Of a DNA stretch of 64,000 bases, positions 51,274-63,961 are shown piece after piece (position 1 is the first letter of the stretch; each line of letters begins with the position of its first letter). The notes under the pieces were generated by a model that did no database searches, was not told the DNA's origin, and saw only the letters and a list, made by a program, of their open reading frames with translations. The DNA lies in contig NC_068988.1 in the NCBI RefSeq assembly GCF_001194135.2, forward strand, positions 36,316,894-36,380,893. Direction: 5' to 3'. Source of the DNA: Octopus bimaculoides (Eukaryota). Position numbers and translations under genes: made by a program.

Positions 51274-53400
51274 TACAAATATTTCTTTTTAAATAGTAAG
51301 ATATTTCTTCAAATTTGATTTTACAGAGGTTTCTAGGCTGTTTTGTGGTCAACGTAAGAATTATAGATATATATCATATATGTAGTATAACTGAGATAAT
51401 TCATTGCACAAAACGTTCATAATAAATTACGTAACACCGTGTTACTTAGAAAAGTCACATATTTTATATATTTGCTTTTCATTCTAACTTTCTTTTCATA
51501 ATCTTTACGTATACTACACCATGCTTAACTCCTCCTTAAACATGCCAGTTTTTCTTTTATTATCGTGCTCACATCTGTTCCGAAATTTGATTTACTTATC
51601 TCATACAACTTCGCTGTGTTTTGTATTTCACTCATGACCTTTCTATCCAGCAATATTCCAGAATAGTTTCTGGTGATTTTCGTTAACATTTACAATTTGC
51701 ATTCTTAAAAACCATTCATAGTATTTTATCTGGTCATGACACTTTTACATTAAGTTTGTACTTTAATTCATTTTCATGTGCGAAACATATTTTAATAGTG
51801 AGCACAATTGTTTCATGTTTTATATTTCATGTTACCATTTAGAATTGTCATATAATATCCTAAAAATAATTTCAATTAAATATTTCGATGTCTTTCATAA
51901 ATATAATCGTTATTAAATTTCAAACATCGTACCAATTTAGATTTCTTAAACCATAAATAATCTTTGGCACGTTCATCTATTATATGCATCGATATGTCAT
52001 AAACCACTCCATGAAATTAAATAGTTTCAATACACATCCTATATTCATGATGCTTTAAATACCTTTCATTTTCAATATAACGAGAGTTCTTAGTTGGAGT
52101 TGATAAAATGAACAGTATTTTTTTAATATATATAATTTATAATACCTGATGAAAAATTTAATTTAAAGAACAGTAATATATTAGATTTCTACAAATGTCT
52201 ACAAAGAAAGGGAACAAATTTGACGTGAGAAAATACAGATTTGTAAATTTACAGTAAATTGACTTTGAAAAGGTAAACAAATGTTGTGATGAAGATACAA
52301 TCGCTAAAATTCAATACGAACCTAAGAATGTCAGGTTTTCAGCATTCATACAAGTATTTTTAGATATGGTGTATATACGAGTACAGTGGTAGGCAAATTA
52401 GAACACCTATGATAAAATGCTTGCAAGGTATGATTATCGAATAACTTTGAATTCATTATGCATTATTTTTTATGGATGATATGGTGCGGATGAAAGCAAA
52501 TTTGATTGTTCCTTCTATAACATAGAATAACACGTAACAGTGATGGAATAATTCAATATTACATTGTAGAAACTGCTTTCTGAATGGAATTATTCAATGA
52601 TGTAATAATAATAACTTGCCTCCTAATCGAGTGTTAATTGATTAAAATCACGCTATAATTGCATTGGAATTCATCTTTATCTCAGCTAAATGTGTCGACA
52701 TATCTTACCTATGTGCATCACTCACATAATTGATTTCAATAAACAACTAAATACATTTTACTTTATTTCAAAAATATTCAATTTTCAAAACAAAATCTCA
52801 TTGATGTATACAATTTAAACAAAAGACTGTAGATAAGTAATTCAGAATAAATATTTGACATAACGACACTGAAAAGAAAAATGATTATAAGTAATGGATT
52901 ATATATACGAATCGAAACTGACATTTAAATTCAAAAGAATGAGCAAGTTTACCAGCAAACCTATACATATAACCACAAACATAAAAAGGAATGCATATTT
53001 AACAATGAAAGAAGCAGCATTATTAATAGTAAATGAAAAATCGGAAATGGACAGCAGCAAATCAGAATAGACATATACACTTTATCATAATTTGTTTCTT
53101 ACAGAAAACAGCTCAACAGAAAACTTCAATCTAATGAAATCTAAATTCGATTGATGTTACACATGTTTCGAGATAATTCTTTTACGGGTAGATTTACATT
53201 AGTGTAAATTAATTACTACAATGGAGAATTATTGATCTCCATCAACGAATCGTCTAACACAACCAATAAGTATATATCTAAATCATTCTACATCACACAC
53301 AAAATGTTATCTCTCTGTCTACTCATCACTCACACCTATCTCTGTTTTCCCCACTATCCTTTTCCCCCAGCACAACCGCTCGATTACTCTGTCTGTCTCT

Positions 53401-53487
<87 letters not shown>

Positions 53488-54094
53488 GCTCTCTTTATAT
53501 ATACACAAGCACATACGCACTCAGGCACGCGCGCGCAAATATATATCTATAATGTAAGACTCTTTAATTATATAAACATAAAACACATTAAATATGCATA
53601 GGACATGACACAAAGTGATGAGTCAAAAATTTATTAGAAATATCTCCTAAGTTGCATTGAAATACAAGATTTTGAAAGTATGTGAAGCATTAGAACTCCC
53701 ACAAATAAATTTGTATACGGCGTGAAACGTGTAGAATGTAATACTTTTTACAGTCGAGACGTCGAGAGAGGATAACCATTTACCGTTTAAAATTGGCATT
53801 AATCAAGCATACAGGCATGAGAAATCACAAGGGCTGTCAAAGATTGAAGTGTTGCAAAGGTTGACACGTCGTAGCGAAAGAGAAACAAGATACTTAAATT
53901 TTGAAAATTCAAGATTTATCTAAAGAAATGGCGTTTAGAGAAAGGGTAAACTACAGTTTTATTTGAAGAAACAAATAATTGACATTTATTATGACAGAGA
54001 ATCCATATTATATAAGATTTACAAAGGATGAATATATTACTAAGCAAGTTTCAAATAACTTTAAATGTAGGAAGTATGATGAAGAATTTTCTTT

Positions 54095-54350
54095 TATTAT
54101 TTTGCTTGTTTCAGTCATTTGACTGCGGCCATGCAGGAGCACCAACCTGAAGGATCTTAATAGAGCAAATCCGCACCAGGACTTCTTTTTATGCCTAGTA
54201 CTTATTTTTTCAGCGTCATTTGCAGAACCTTAAGTTATGGGGACGTAAGCACACCAACTCTGGTAGTCAAGCGTTGATGGGGGAGGGAGACAAATACAGA
54301 CACAAAGACACACACACGTAGATAAACACACACACATACACACACACATA
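54095..54350 (-). mobile_element. Octopus SINE tail + microsatellite
   Basis: GTTTCAGTCATTTGACTGCGGCCATGCAGGAGCACC...TAAGTTATGGGGACGTAAGCACACCAAC... Confidence 0.85.
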
Positions 54351-54354
54351 TATA

Positions 54355-55089
54355 TAAGGTTGAGTAAAAAGTAAGCCACATTTTGAAACATGAAATTCAT
54401 CAAAATATATATTTCAATAATGCGGATATTTTATTCATCAAAATAAGTGCCATTAAAATCAACACATGTTTGCGGACGAGTTACAAGTTGTTTTTTCCGC
54501 TAACAAAAACAATCTGGAGTTCTGGGGATGATGAACTCTTTGAACACACTTTCAGCATCGGTTTGATTTTTGATCAAGTCACGCAGGAGACCATGGAGTT
54601 GCTTGAAAGAGAGGTCGTCGGAAGGAGAACGGACTGAGGAAAAATTGGATGGTAAAGAACTTCGTAGCCGAGTTCCCTCTTCTGTTGGCCAGTCCGGAAC
54701 GGAGAAATAGCAGTTTTTCGTTTATTTTCGCAATTTCATGGCAATATGTTTCTGCAGTAATGGCTTTGCTGGGTTTTAGAAAGTTATAGTGGATAAATTC
54801 AGCAGTACACTACCAAACAATCAACATAAACTTTTTTTGTAAGAGTTCGGGTTTAGGGAAGGGTTTACAGTCAATATATTAATCGGTCTGGTTACGGAGA
54901 AGCGACGAGAAAATTTCATATCTGCGCATTTTCTGATTTTCATTCAAATCACGTGGTACCCATTTGTCGAGCTCTTTTGATTTTCCGATCTCATGCAAAT
55001 GGCTGCAGGCAGATTTCTGAATAACTTGAAGTTCTTATGCCAGTTCTCGAGTGGTTTTACGTGGATCTTTCTCAATGACGGTCTTTAAT
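54355..55089 (-). mobile_element. mariner transposon (3' two-thirds), truncated by gap
   Basis: Minus strand LKTVIEKDPRKTTRELA...KELDKWVPRDLNENQK...FKEFIIPRTPD...CVDFNGTYFDE; terminus follows a TA run. Confidence 0.85.
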
Positions 55090-55569
55090 NNNNNNNNNNN
55101 NNNNNNNNNNNNNNNNNNNNNNNNNNNNNNNNNNNNNNNNNNNNNNNNNNNNNNNNNNNNNNNNNNNNNNNNNNNNNNNNNNNNNNNNNNNNNNNNNNNN
55201 NNNNNNNNNNNNNNNNNNNNNNNNNNNNNNNNNNNNNNNNNNNNNNNNNNNNNNNNNNNNNNNNNNNNNNNNNNNNNNNNNNNNNNNNNNNNNNNNNNNN
55301 NNNNNNNNNNNNNNNNNNNNNNNNNNNNNNNNNNNNNNNNNNNNNNNNNNNNNNNNNNNNNNNNNNNNNNNNNNNNNNNNNNNNNNNNNNNNNNNNNNNN
55401 NNNNNNNNNNNNNNNNNNNNNNNNNNNNNNNNNNNNNNNNNNNNNNNNNNNNNNNNNNNNNNNNNNNNNNNNNNNNNNNNNNNNNNNNNNNNNNNNNNNN
55501 NNNNNNNAAATATGTCTTTGCAATTGTCTGATAATACAAAGATTGGCCACATACATCAATAAATAAAGA

Positions 55570-55609
<40 letters not shown>

Positions 55610-55613
<4 letters not shown>

Positions 55614-55690
55614 GACGAACTTCTCTCAATTTCCCTCTACCAAATCCACCTAAAAGACAGCGGTACCACGCAAGCATTTTACCACACACT
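55610..55690 (-). mobile_element. SINE head remnant (probably partner of 54095-54350)
   Basis: CTTCTCTCAATTTCCCTCTACCAAATCCACC resembles 19947-19975. Confidence 0.55.
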
Positions 55691-56179
55691 CCTGCACCCG
55701 TTAGACGTTTATGTTAACTGTATAGTTACGGCATTGATTGATTTAAAATAGGTGTAATGTGAGCATATTTTATAGTGCATATTTTATTTTCTGCCGACAA
55801 GGAGCTGCGCCTGCGCGGTAGATTTGAAAAATTAGAATGTATAAGTATGGGGCATATATCTTTAATCTGGGTGTACCTGCTGAAGAAGACATCGCCTGGC
55901 AAATTATTTTATTTGCTAAAATAAGTTAGAAACCATTGGTCCAGAAGCTAGATGGTAAACGTCTTCATTCTCTTCGAAGTTTTATCCCTAATGGTGGTTT
56001 GGAACTTAGCTATTCTTGCTAGCGTGCAAGTAATCCTATGATGGATACCTCTTATATGTCTAAATGTACACTGTATTTATACGAAAAATATATAGTGTAT
56101 GGACTAATTTTTTACACGCTAGGCCACTGGTAGTAGAGATTTCTAATATTTCTCATTACCCACATATATATATATATAT

Positions 56180-56400
56180 GTGTGTGTGTGTGCGTGTGTG
56201 TATGTGTGTGTGTGTGAGTGTGTGTGTGTGCGCACGTGTGTGTGTGTGTCTTTGTGTCTGTGTTTGTGCCCCCACCATCGCTTCATAACCGAGGTTGGTG
56301 TGCTTACGTGCTCGTAACTTAGCGGTCCAGCAAAAAGACCAATAGAATAAGTACTACACTTACAAAGAAAATATCCTTGAGTCGATTACGACTCAAGGAT
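56180..56400 (+). mobile_element. Octopus SINE microsatellite + tail
   Basis: (GT)n-GTCTTTGTGTCTGTGTTTGTGCCCCCACCATCGCTT...CGTAACTTAGCGGTCCAGCAAAAAGACCAATAGAATAAGTACT. Confidence 0.8.
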
Positions 56401-56829
56401 AGCTGATGGGGGTAGCTGACGGGGGTAGCTGATGAAGTAGAATGTTCTCTATGTGGCTTGTGTGTTTTCTCGTCTCTGTTTTGTTTGCAATGTCCTGTAC
56501 CCAGATATGCACCTATACATACAGGTGGATGTCGGTATGCACATACCTGTACGTATATATGCATATACTCATTTACGATTTGTTTTCATATATATATATA
56601 TATATATACATACATACATATATGCGTGCGTGTGCATTTTGTAATACTCCAGCCACTTCATCAAGGTGTCCAGATCCGTTGTTCCAAACTCCTTCATCTT
56701 CAATACAACGCTGGCTTGGAGGACAGCTAAATGTCTAAGGAAGCAAGGTGTCGACTGTAGGTAGGGTGAGGGACAGTTTCAATGCCCATATCTGTCAAGT
56801 AATTAGTTTAACAGGATGTTGTTATTGAG

Positions 56830-57387
56830 CACCCAGAGTAAAAACTTTCGCAATCTTTTATCATGCGTGGATATTCATGAATATTTCTGCATACAGTTAC
56901 GATAGCAACTCTAAACTGTATGCTTATTGCCTTTATAGAGACATAATTGATTTATATAGGAAACTGTGAACTTTCTCAACCACCTCTGAAGTTCTGACGT
57001 TACTCTTCAGCTGACACCTGTTATCATCTCTTACTTCCTCTCTGCCGTCCTTGAACTTCTTGTGCCAACGGAAAAGTTTATACATAAAGAGTCTGGAGAA
57101 TTTTATATGTTACTGTAGCCTTTTGTACAGTTCAAAGTAAAACGTTCTTGCATAAGTAGCATCCAAATGCTCCTACTCCATTCTGAAAACTTTTTTAGCT
57201 GTCACAAGTAGTGGTTAGTAGAGTGTGTTTAAAGATTTGGTACAGCTGTCTCCTTCATTCTGAAATACTAAATGCTCCCGGAACTGGTCACTTGTTATAG
57301 TGTAAATGATATACAAAATTTGTGCTAATCTAGGGCGGTTATAACTCCCTCTCCTAAAATGTTTCAAAACATCTGGAATGCACCTCG
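56830..57387 (-). mobile_element. mariner 5' fragment (TIR + N-terminal HTH)
   Basis: Minus strand TA|CGAGGTGCATTCCAGATG...; ...LFRWHKKFKDGREEVRDD. Confidence 0.75.
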
Positions 57388-57570
57388 TAAGTATATATAT
57401 ACATGCATGTATATATGTTCATATATNNNNNNNNNNNNNNNNNNNNNNNNNNNNNNNNNNNNNNNNNNNNNNNNNNNNNNNNNNNNNNNNNNNNNNNNNN
57501 NNNNNNNNNNNNNNNNNNNNNNNNNNNNNNNNNNNNNNNNNNNNNNNNATACATACATACATACATACAT

Positions 57571-57656
<86 letters not shown>

Positions 57657-58616
57657 ATTCAACATATGTATGTATGGAAGACTGGCTGGTCGGATGGCTA
57701 GATACAGGGATTGAAAGAAAGAAAGAGAAAAATGCGGTTCATATATAACATTGCGAATATACTGAAAGTTTAATTATCGTATAGAGTAGGAATACTTTAT
57801 TTAATACACTACAGCGCGGATATTTTCCGATTAACAAGAAACCAAAAATCAGCCTTGCGTTAAATTTTCCACCGAAGGAATGCTGATTAAATCTATTCAG
57901 TTACAATTTTCAGACTTGTGGCTCACCAAAATCAATAAGATGTCTAGCACTGACGAAATGGTACAATGTTTCATGTCATGTTACTCTCCCAACCGCATCT
58001 AACACCATCATTTCTTCACTATGATTATCCTGATTCTGACGTGAACAAGTACCGTGCCACAAAAGTTCAATATTTCCTTTTATTTACACTCCAATATTAT
58101 GCATGAAATTTATAAGAAAAAATCGTTCTTGTTATTCACGGTGAAGTTTGGTTTCGTGTTTAGCTCCAAACCAATTGTTATAGAGTTCTCCTCTTATAAC
58201 GTCATCGTCTAAGTGGAAAACATCAGACGACAATAGCCACGTCTCTATCTGATATCTATTTAAAAGATTGCATCTTCAAGGACAGCTGGCTTCCATTTCT
58301 AGAGTATCGTCTGTGACCCCTGTGGTTGCCTATTAAATTCATCTAAATAGTAAAGCAATATCGAATACATGTACGGATTAATATTTGCTAAATTCATTTA
58401 AATCTTAATATGAGATTGATGTTTAAACCGACACCAGTATGATTGGAGGAATATGAAATAAAGAAAAGTAAACTCTATTAAATAGAATTAAATATATCTC
58501 ATACACAGCTTCCTCAAATATGGTAATATATATTTCCATAGCCTGGAAGAAAAACATGCAATGGGGAAAATCACGAGCTTAGCAAATCGCAACATCTACA
58601 CTCATGTACGTAAGTG

Positions 58617-58652
<36 letters not shown>

Positions 58653-58929
58653 TTCATACATACACGTGCACACGCGCACACACATTGTTACTATATTTCA
58701 GGATGGTCGTTCTTTTTTCTTGCCAAATAAACATACACATTATATATTCGTTCTTCACTTGTTTATCATTATTCTTATTTCATCTTATCTCCATTGTCTG
58801 GAAATCTTTCGTCACACACTTATGACTTCTTGAATGACTCTTCCATCACACATGTCTCCTCCTGTTCTGTTTAGTCTATTCTGTCTTATTCTCTCTATAT
58901 AAAGTAAGAATAGTTAGCTTGCGGGGTAA

Positions 58930-59110
58930 AATGTATAGTGATATTTCGTTCACGTTTACATTATGCGTTAAAATTCCGTCGAGTTCGACTTTGCCTTTCA
59001 TCATTCCGTGGGTCGATACAGAAGTATTAATTGAATTCTGGTATCCGATGTAATCGACTTATCAACTCTCCCGAAAATGTTGGCGTTGTGCCAAAATTTG
59101 AAATCAATAT
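58930..59110 (-). mobile_element. Octopus SINE remnant
   Basis: AAATTCCGTCGAGTTCGACTTTGCCTTTCATC...GGGTCGATA...GTAATCGACTTA...TTGTGCCAAAATTTG. Confidence 0.7.
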
Positions 59111-59697
59111 CTAACGTATGGATATCAATAATATATGAGTATATGACAATGTGAAATATGTATTATCTGGATGAATTCATATCCGTGAAACTAACAGTAA
59201 AATCTTGCACAGTGTTGGGAAGTGAATAGCAACCGAATAAAGAAATGCTTTTACATCAGAAAAGCAGGTATCGCCCATTGGAATATTTATTTCATTGAAG
59301 CAAAATGTAGCAGTAATATTCCGGAGTTAATGCAGTCCAAAATAACATATTGCAATGTTCTAAGTGAAACCAAATGAATGATCATGCCTTGTATTGACAC
59401 GTTCTCACGTACACGTAGGTGAAGGATGATATCGATCGAATCAATAAGAATACAATACATGTCTTGTAAAGATTATTATGAATTAAGAAGAATGAAAATA
59501 AAGTTGTTCACCTTGTAATTTGAACTGAACACTTGACAGTGGTAACTTTATGGTGGTGAAGCATATTATACCTAATTCTGTAATGTCTCAATCAATCCAA
59601 CAACTAAACTAAGTAAATCAATAATAGATCAATTAAAAGAGAGCCAATCATGTAACGTAATATATAGATAGAAAAGCAAGATGGATGTGTGTGTGTA

Positions 59698-59761
<64 letters not shown>

Positions 59762-60081
59762 CATATATAATGCAAGAACATTATGAAATTACAGATACGT
59801 CTAAAAAGATATATATCTAAGTTTACTGGGGTTTTTCTGTGTTTATACAGAAAACCAGAAAATTTATTCATTTTACATATGAATAATATAATAAAGATAT
59901 CGCTTCACTAACCCGTGGTTCTTTGTTCGAACTAATTGCATGGCATCTTGAGATTGCATGGCACCTCCATACCCCCACCCCATAATATGAGTAAAACTGA
60001 TTCGAAGTGCAACTACAAAGAACGCAATTTGTTGCATTGAAACGGTATAGCTTTGATACATACATTCTGAATTTGTTTCAG

Positions 60082-60118
60082 AATGTAGCGGAGGCTGCAC
60101 GTGAATACTCAATGTTAG
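60082..60118 (+). CDS. Candidate 37-nt internal exon (NVAEAAREYSML), identity uncertain
   Basis: Acceptor TTTGTTTCAG, donor GTAAAT, only one frame open, GC above the flanks, two TGCATG elements upstream. Alternatively a PLE relic (see findings). Confidence 0.3.
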
Positions 60119-61062
60119 GTAAATTAAAGCTTAGTCCAGGAGCAGATACATTCCTTTACTCGAACGACGGAGATTCATTAGCACCATATTTGTATGGATA
60201 TACTCATGTATATGATGTGTATGTTGTACTTATACATATATACAGTGAATACTACTGGACAAAAAGTGAAAAATATCTCGTATATCGTTGTTTTTCAGTC
60301 CTGTCCAAAGAAAACTGCATAATGATTTTGAACAAACGAAGAAACAATGCTCCACCACAATATAATAGCTACAAAATATACAACAAAACTACTGTTAAGT
60401 ATTCTTATTCTATCACCCCTCATTTTGTTTCCGTTGTAGCTGCAATTAAGTTATAAATTAAACAGTATTTTAGCTGTTACAAGCAGGCAAAAACAATATC
60501 ATAGAGGTAATAATTTTCTATCAGCCCATATTAGTTCGAGTAGACTATAATAGCCGCAACAGTTTCAAAGTTGTCATAGTAATCATTATAGTACATAGTA
60601 CAATTACTCGGCTGGTCAGATATATCTTTCATTATTAGTGACAGAAGTAGTACTAGTTCAAATGGCATTTTGTTTGTTATATTCAAGTCAGATATACTGT
60701 TTGATAACTTTATATTCGGTATTCGTTTCAATAAAAAAGTCTAGTAATAAAGTTACGTTAAGGAAGAAAACACAAACACACCAGCTATAAAAGTAGATTT
60801 AAAGCGTCTTGCCGCGGAGGTATCTTGTTGAATGCACCGTTCGAACACTTAATGCTTCGTTTGCTAATAACAAGATTCTATTCAGCCTGCCGGATCATTG
60901 TCTCAGTGGTAGTTTTTCTTAATTAACGTTTGTTATTTTATCAGCAAAGACGGAATTTGCCTCAGCATTCGGCTGATAATAAACGTTTTCTACTAATGAC
61001 GTTCAGGAAATCATCAATACGTAAATAGCGTATGTATGTATATGATCATCGTGCATGATAGA

Positions 61063-62708
61063 TTAGGTCGTCAAGTAAGAAGTTTGTAGACAAGAAAAAA
61101 AGTTTGCTAATGTTTTATTCATCAAAGTAGGCACCCATATTGTCAATACACTTTTGCAATTTCAGCGTTAGCTTCTCCAGCCCGGAATTGTAAAACCCTG
61201 GCAACATAGAGTCAATAATATCTTAGAAGTCCTGTTTTATAACATCGTCGGAATTAAATTTTCTCCTATGAAAAAGTTATCCAAATTCAGAAAAAAGTGG
61301 TTGTCAATGGGGTGAAGATCGGGTCAGTATGGTGGATGATGTAAAACTTTCAACTCCAACAGTTGTAGTTTCGCCAATGTCATTTTTGCGATGTGTTGTC
61401 TGGCGTCGTGTTGCAATAAAATAGGAGTGAATCTGTTGACTAATCTAGGATGTATTTTGTAAGTTTTTGCATCATTTGGTCCAGTTGGCTGCAGTATACT
61501 TCGACCGTGATTGAGGAGCCAGGTTTAATGAAATCATAGTGGATCGCACCTGCGCCTGATCACCAAACACAGACTGTCAGCTTCTTTTGATGAATTTTGA
61601 TTTTGGACTGTGTTTTGGTGGCTCATCTTTGCGCAACTATTGTGCTGAACGTTTACAGTTGTTGTACTGGATCCATTTCTCATCACATGTTACAATTCGA
61701 TTAAAAAATGATTCATTTTTTTTTTTGTAACAAGAAACTAGGATAATGCAGGATTCCAAAGTTTGTTGTTTCTGATTTTCGTTGAGTTCACGTGTAACTC
61801 ACTTATCCAACGTTTCAATTTATTTGAACTAGGTGAATCAATAATGTTTGCTTCCTAACACCAAACAACAACGATAATTCCCGAGCACATGGAGATGGAT
61901 TTGGCTCGACAGTGGCTTTCAGTTCGTTATTATTCACCTTTGTTTCTGGTCGACCCCGTCGCTCATTTGTAAGGTCAAAGTTACCACAACGAAAGTTGGA
62001 TAACTGGGTGCCAACATGAACACAATGAAAATCAGAAACAGCAACGTTTGGAAGCCTGCATTATGCTACGTTATCGTCGCAAATATGAATCATTTTTGAA
62101 TCGAATTGTAACATGTGATGAGAAATGGATCCAATACAACAACTGTAAAAGTCCCAAACCCCAAATTCATCAAAAGCTGACAGTGTGTGCCTGGTGGTCT
62201 GGCGTAGGTGTGATCCATTATGATTTCAATTAACCTGGCTCGTCAATCATGGCCGATGTACACTGCAGCCAACAGAACAGAATGATGCAGAAAATTACAA
62301 ACAGAAACCAGCTTGGTTTAGTCCACAGTTCCACCCCTATTTTATTGCAAAACAACGCCAGGCCACACATTGCAAAAATGACATTGGCAAAACTACAGCA
62401 GTTGAAATTGGAAGTTTTCCATCATCCACCATACTGACCTGGACATTTCTCCACCGACTGCCACTTCTTGAATTTGGATAAATTTTTCATAGGAAAACCA
62501 TTAATTCTGACGATGTTATAAAACAGGCCTTCCAAGATTTTAATGACTCTAGATTGCCAGGCTTTTACAATTCCGGGCTAGACAAGCTAACATTGAAATG
62601 GCAAAAGTCTATTGACAGTATGGGTGCCTATTTTGATGAATAAAACTATTCCTTGTATTTATAAAACATTTTCAAACTTTTCTACAAATTTCGTACTTAA
62701 CGACCCAA
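61063..62708. mobile_element. Fold-back mariner derivative: two 3' halves joined head-to-head, same (3') TIR at both ends
   Basis: 61063-61985 is a minus-strand mariner and 61988-62708 a plus-strand copy of the same family (KLDNWVP, IVTCDEKWIQYNN, QNNARPH, HPPY*PGHFSTD). Left end TTAGGTCGTCAAGTAAGAAGTTTGTAGA matches the reverse complement of the right end TTGGGTCGTTAAGTACGAAATTTGTAGA. Confidence 0.85.
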
Positions 62709-62912
62709 TNNNNNNNNNNNNNNNNNNNNNNNNNNNNNNNNNNNNNNNNNNNNNNNNNNNNNNNNNNNNNNNNNNNNNNNNNNNNNNNNNNNNNNNNNNN
62801 NNNNNNNNNNNNNNNNNNNNNNNNNNNNNNNNNNNNNNNNNNNNNNNNNNNNNNNNNNNNNNNNNNNNNNNNNNNNNNNNNNNNNNNNNNNNNNNNNNNA
62901 TATATACATATA

Positions 62913-63960
62913 CAAGGTGCATAAGGTATTTGAAGACATACCGTTTCTGGGTCATTGCTGCAATCTTTGCTAAGTCTGTACAATCTTTTTTTCAGAAAAT
63001 AATAATTAGAAACGCGCTGAAATCATCAGAACACCTGAATTTATCCGACGATTTCAATCACAGAATGTCTATGAGGTCTATTGTAAAAGATCTCCACGTG
63101 TCAGAAGAAACAGTCAAAAATGTTTTCCACGAAGCCATCAAATATAAGTCTTATATGATGAGGAAATGTCAATTTGTCAGAAAAAGCAAAAGAAAATCAC
63201 TACATCAGATTTAAAAGGCTCTTAAACAAAGTGAAAAGTGTAGCAGGAAGATTTGATTTGGTTTTTCTCAAATAAGAAAAACTTCGACCAACATCAAAAT
63301 GATAACAAAAGAAATGACAGATGGTTATGTGCAGACTCTTCTGAAGTTCCATGTGTTATGCATAAACAATTTCCTGCGACTGTCGTGGTTTTAGGGTTTG
63401 TCAGCAATGAAGGACATGTAATGGCTCTTTATTTCTTTCCACAAGGCCTTAGAGTTAACTCTGCCGCCTACATTGAGGTCCTGGAAATAATTGTTATACC
63501 CTGAATAGACAGTATATGCAGTGGAAGGCCATATGTGTTTCAGAAAGACTCTGCACTATGACACATGGCGCTAGTAAAACAGGAATGGATAGCTGAAAAT
63601 TGTCATGATCACATTACTCATAACATTTGACCTCCTAATTCCCAGGATCTCAATCCATTGGACTATTATATGTAGAGCGTTGTTGAGAGAGACGTCAATG
63701 ACACCCATAGCACTAAGGATATCTGAAAGTTGCCATAGTCAGAGTAATGTCCAAAATGAATCGGGACCACTTGATTGGAGCATCTACATCTCATATAGAA
63801 GCAGTTGTTGGGGCTGAAGGCGGCTTTATTGAATATCATTTTAGAAAAGTAGGTTTATTTTTATCCTCATACCATTTTTTGATTAATATGTTTATTATTT
63901 GTTATTATATATGTTATTTTTTATAAACATAGATCTGTTCTCAAATATCTTACGCACCCA

Positions 63961-63961
<1 letters not shown>
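62913..63961 (+). mobile_element. DD37D (maT/ITmD37D) Tc1-mariner element with both TIRs and TA flanks, pseudogenised
   Basis: TIRs CAAGGTGCATAAGGTATTTGA / reverse complement CTGGGTGCGTAAGATATTTGA. WFFSNKKNF; QKD...PPNSQDLNPLD with exactly 37 residues between the second and third Asp; in-frame stops. Confidence 0.88.

Larger units (their letters stand above)
17457..62899. other. Nine assembly gaps: 17457-17475, 19636-19920, 21151-21525, 32605-32793, 33735-34088, 46916-47142, 55090-55508, 57427-57548, 62710-62899
   Basis: N runs, mostly bordered by microsatellites. Confidence 0.98.

Noticed and set aside
52440-52500. LFFMDDM, RT-like YxDD motif
   Set aside because: No supporting RT motifs recognised around it.
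53770-53900. HLPFKIGINQAYRHEKSQGLS resembling a PIF1/Helitron HKSQG helicase motif
   Set aside because: Single degenerate motif; no other helicase motifs or Helitron termini found.
56398-56440. Three 14-bp tandem units (GATAGCTGATGGGG-like)
   Set aside because: Short local slippage at a SINE end; no spacers, so not CRISPR-like.
7366-59871. Many ORFs rich in YI/CV/HT/ER/LS repeats or X runs
   Set aside because: These are translations of dinucleotide microsatellites and N-gaps, not genes.
59904-59912. Perfect CACTAAC branch-point-like motif upstream of the exon candidate
   Set aside because: About 170 nt from the acceptor with several intervening AG dinucleotides, so not a credible distant branch point.
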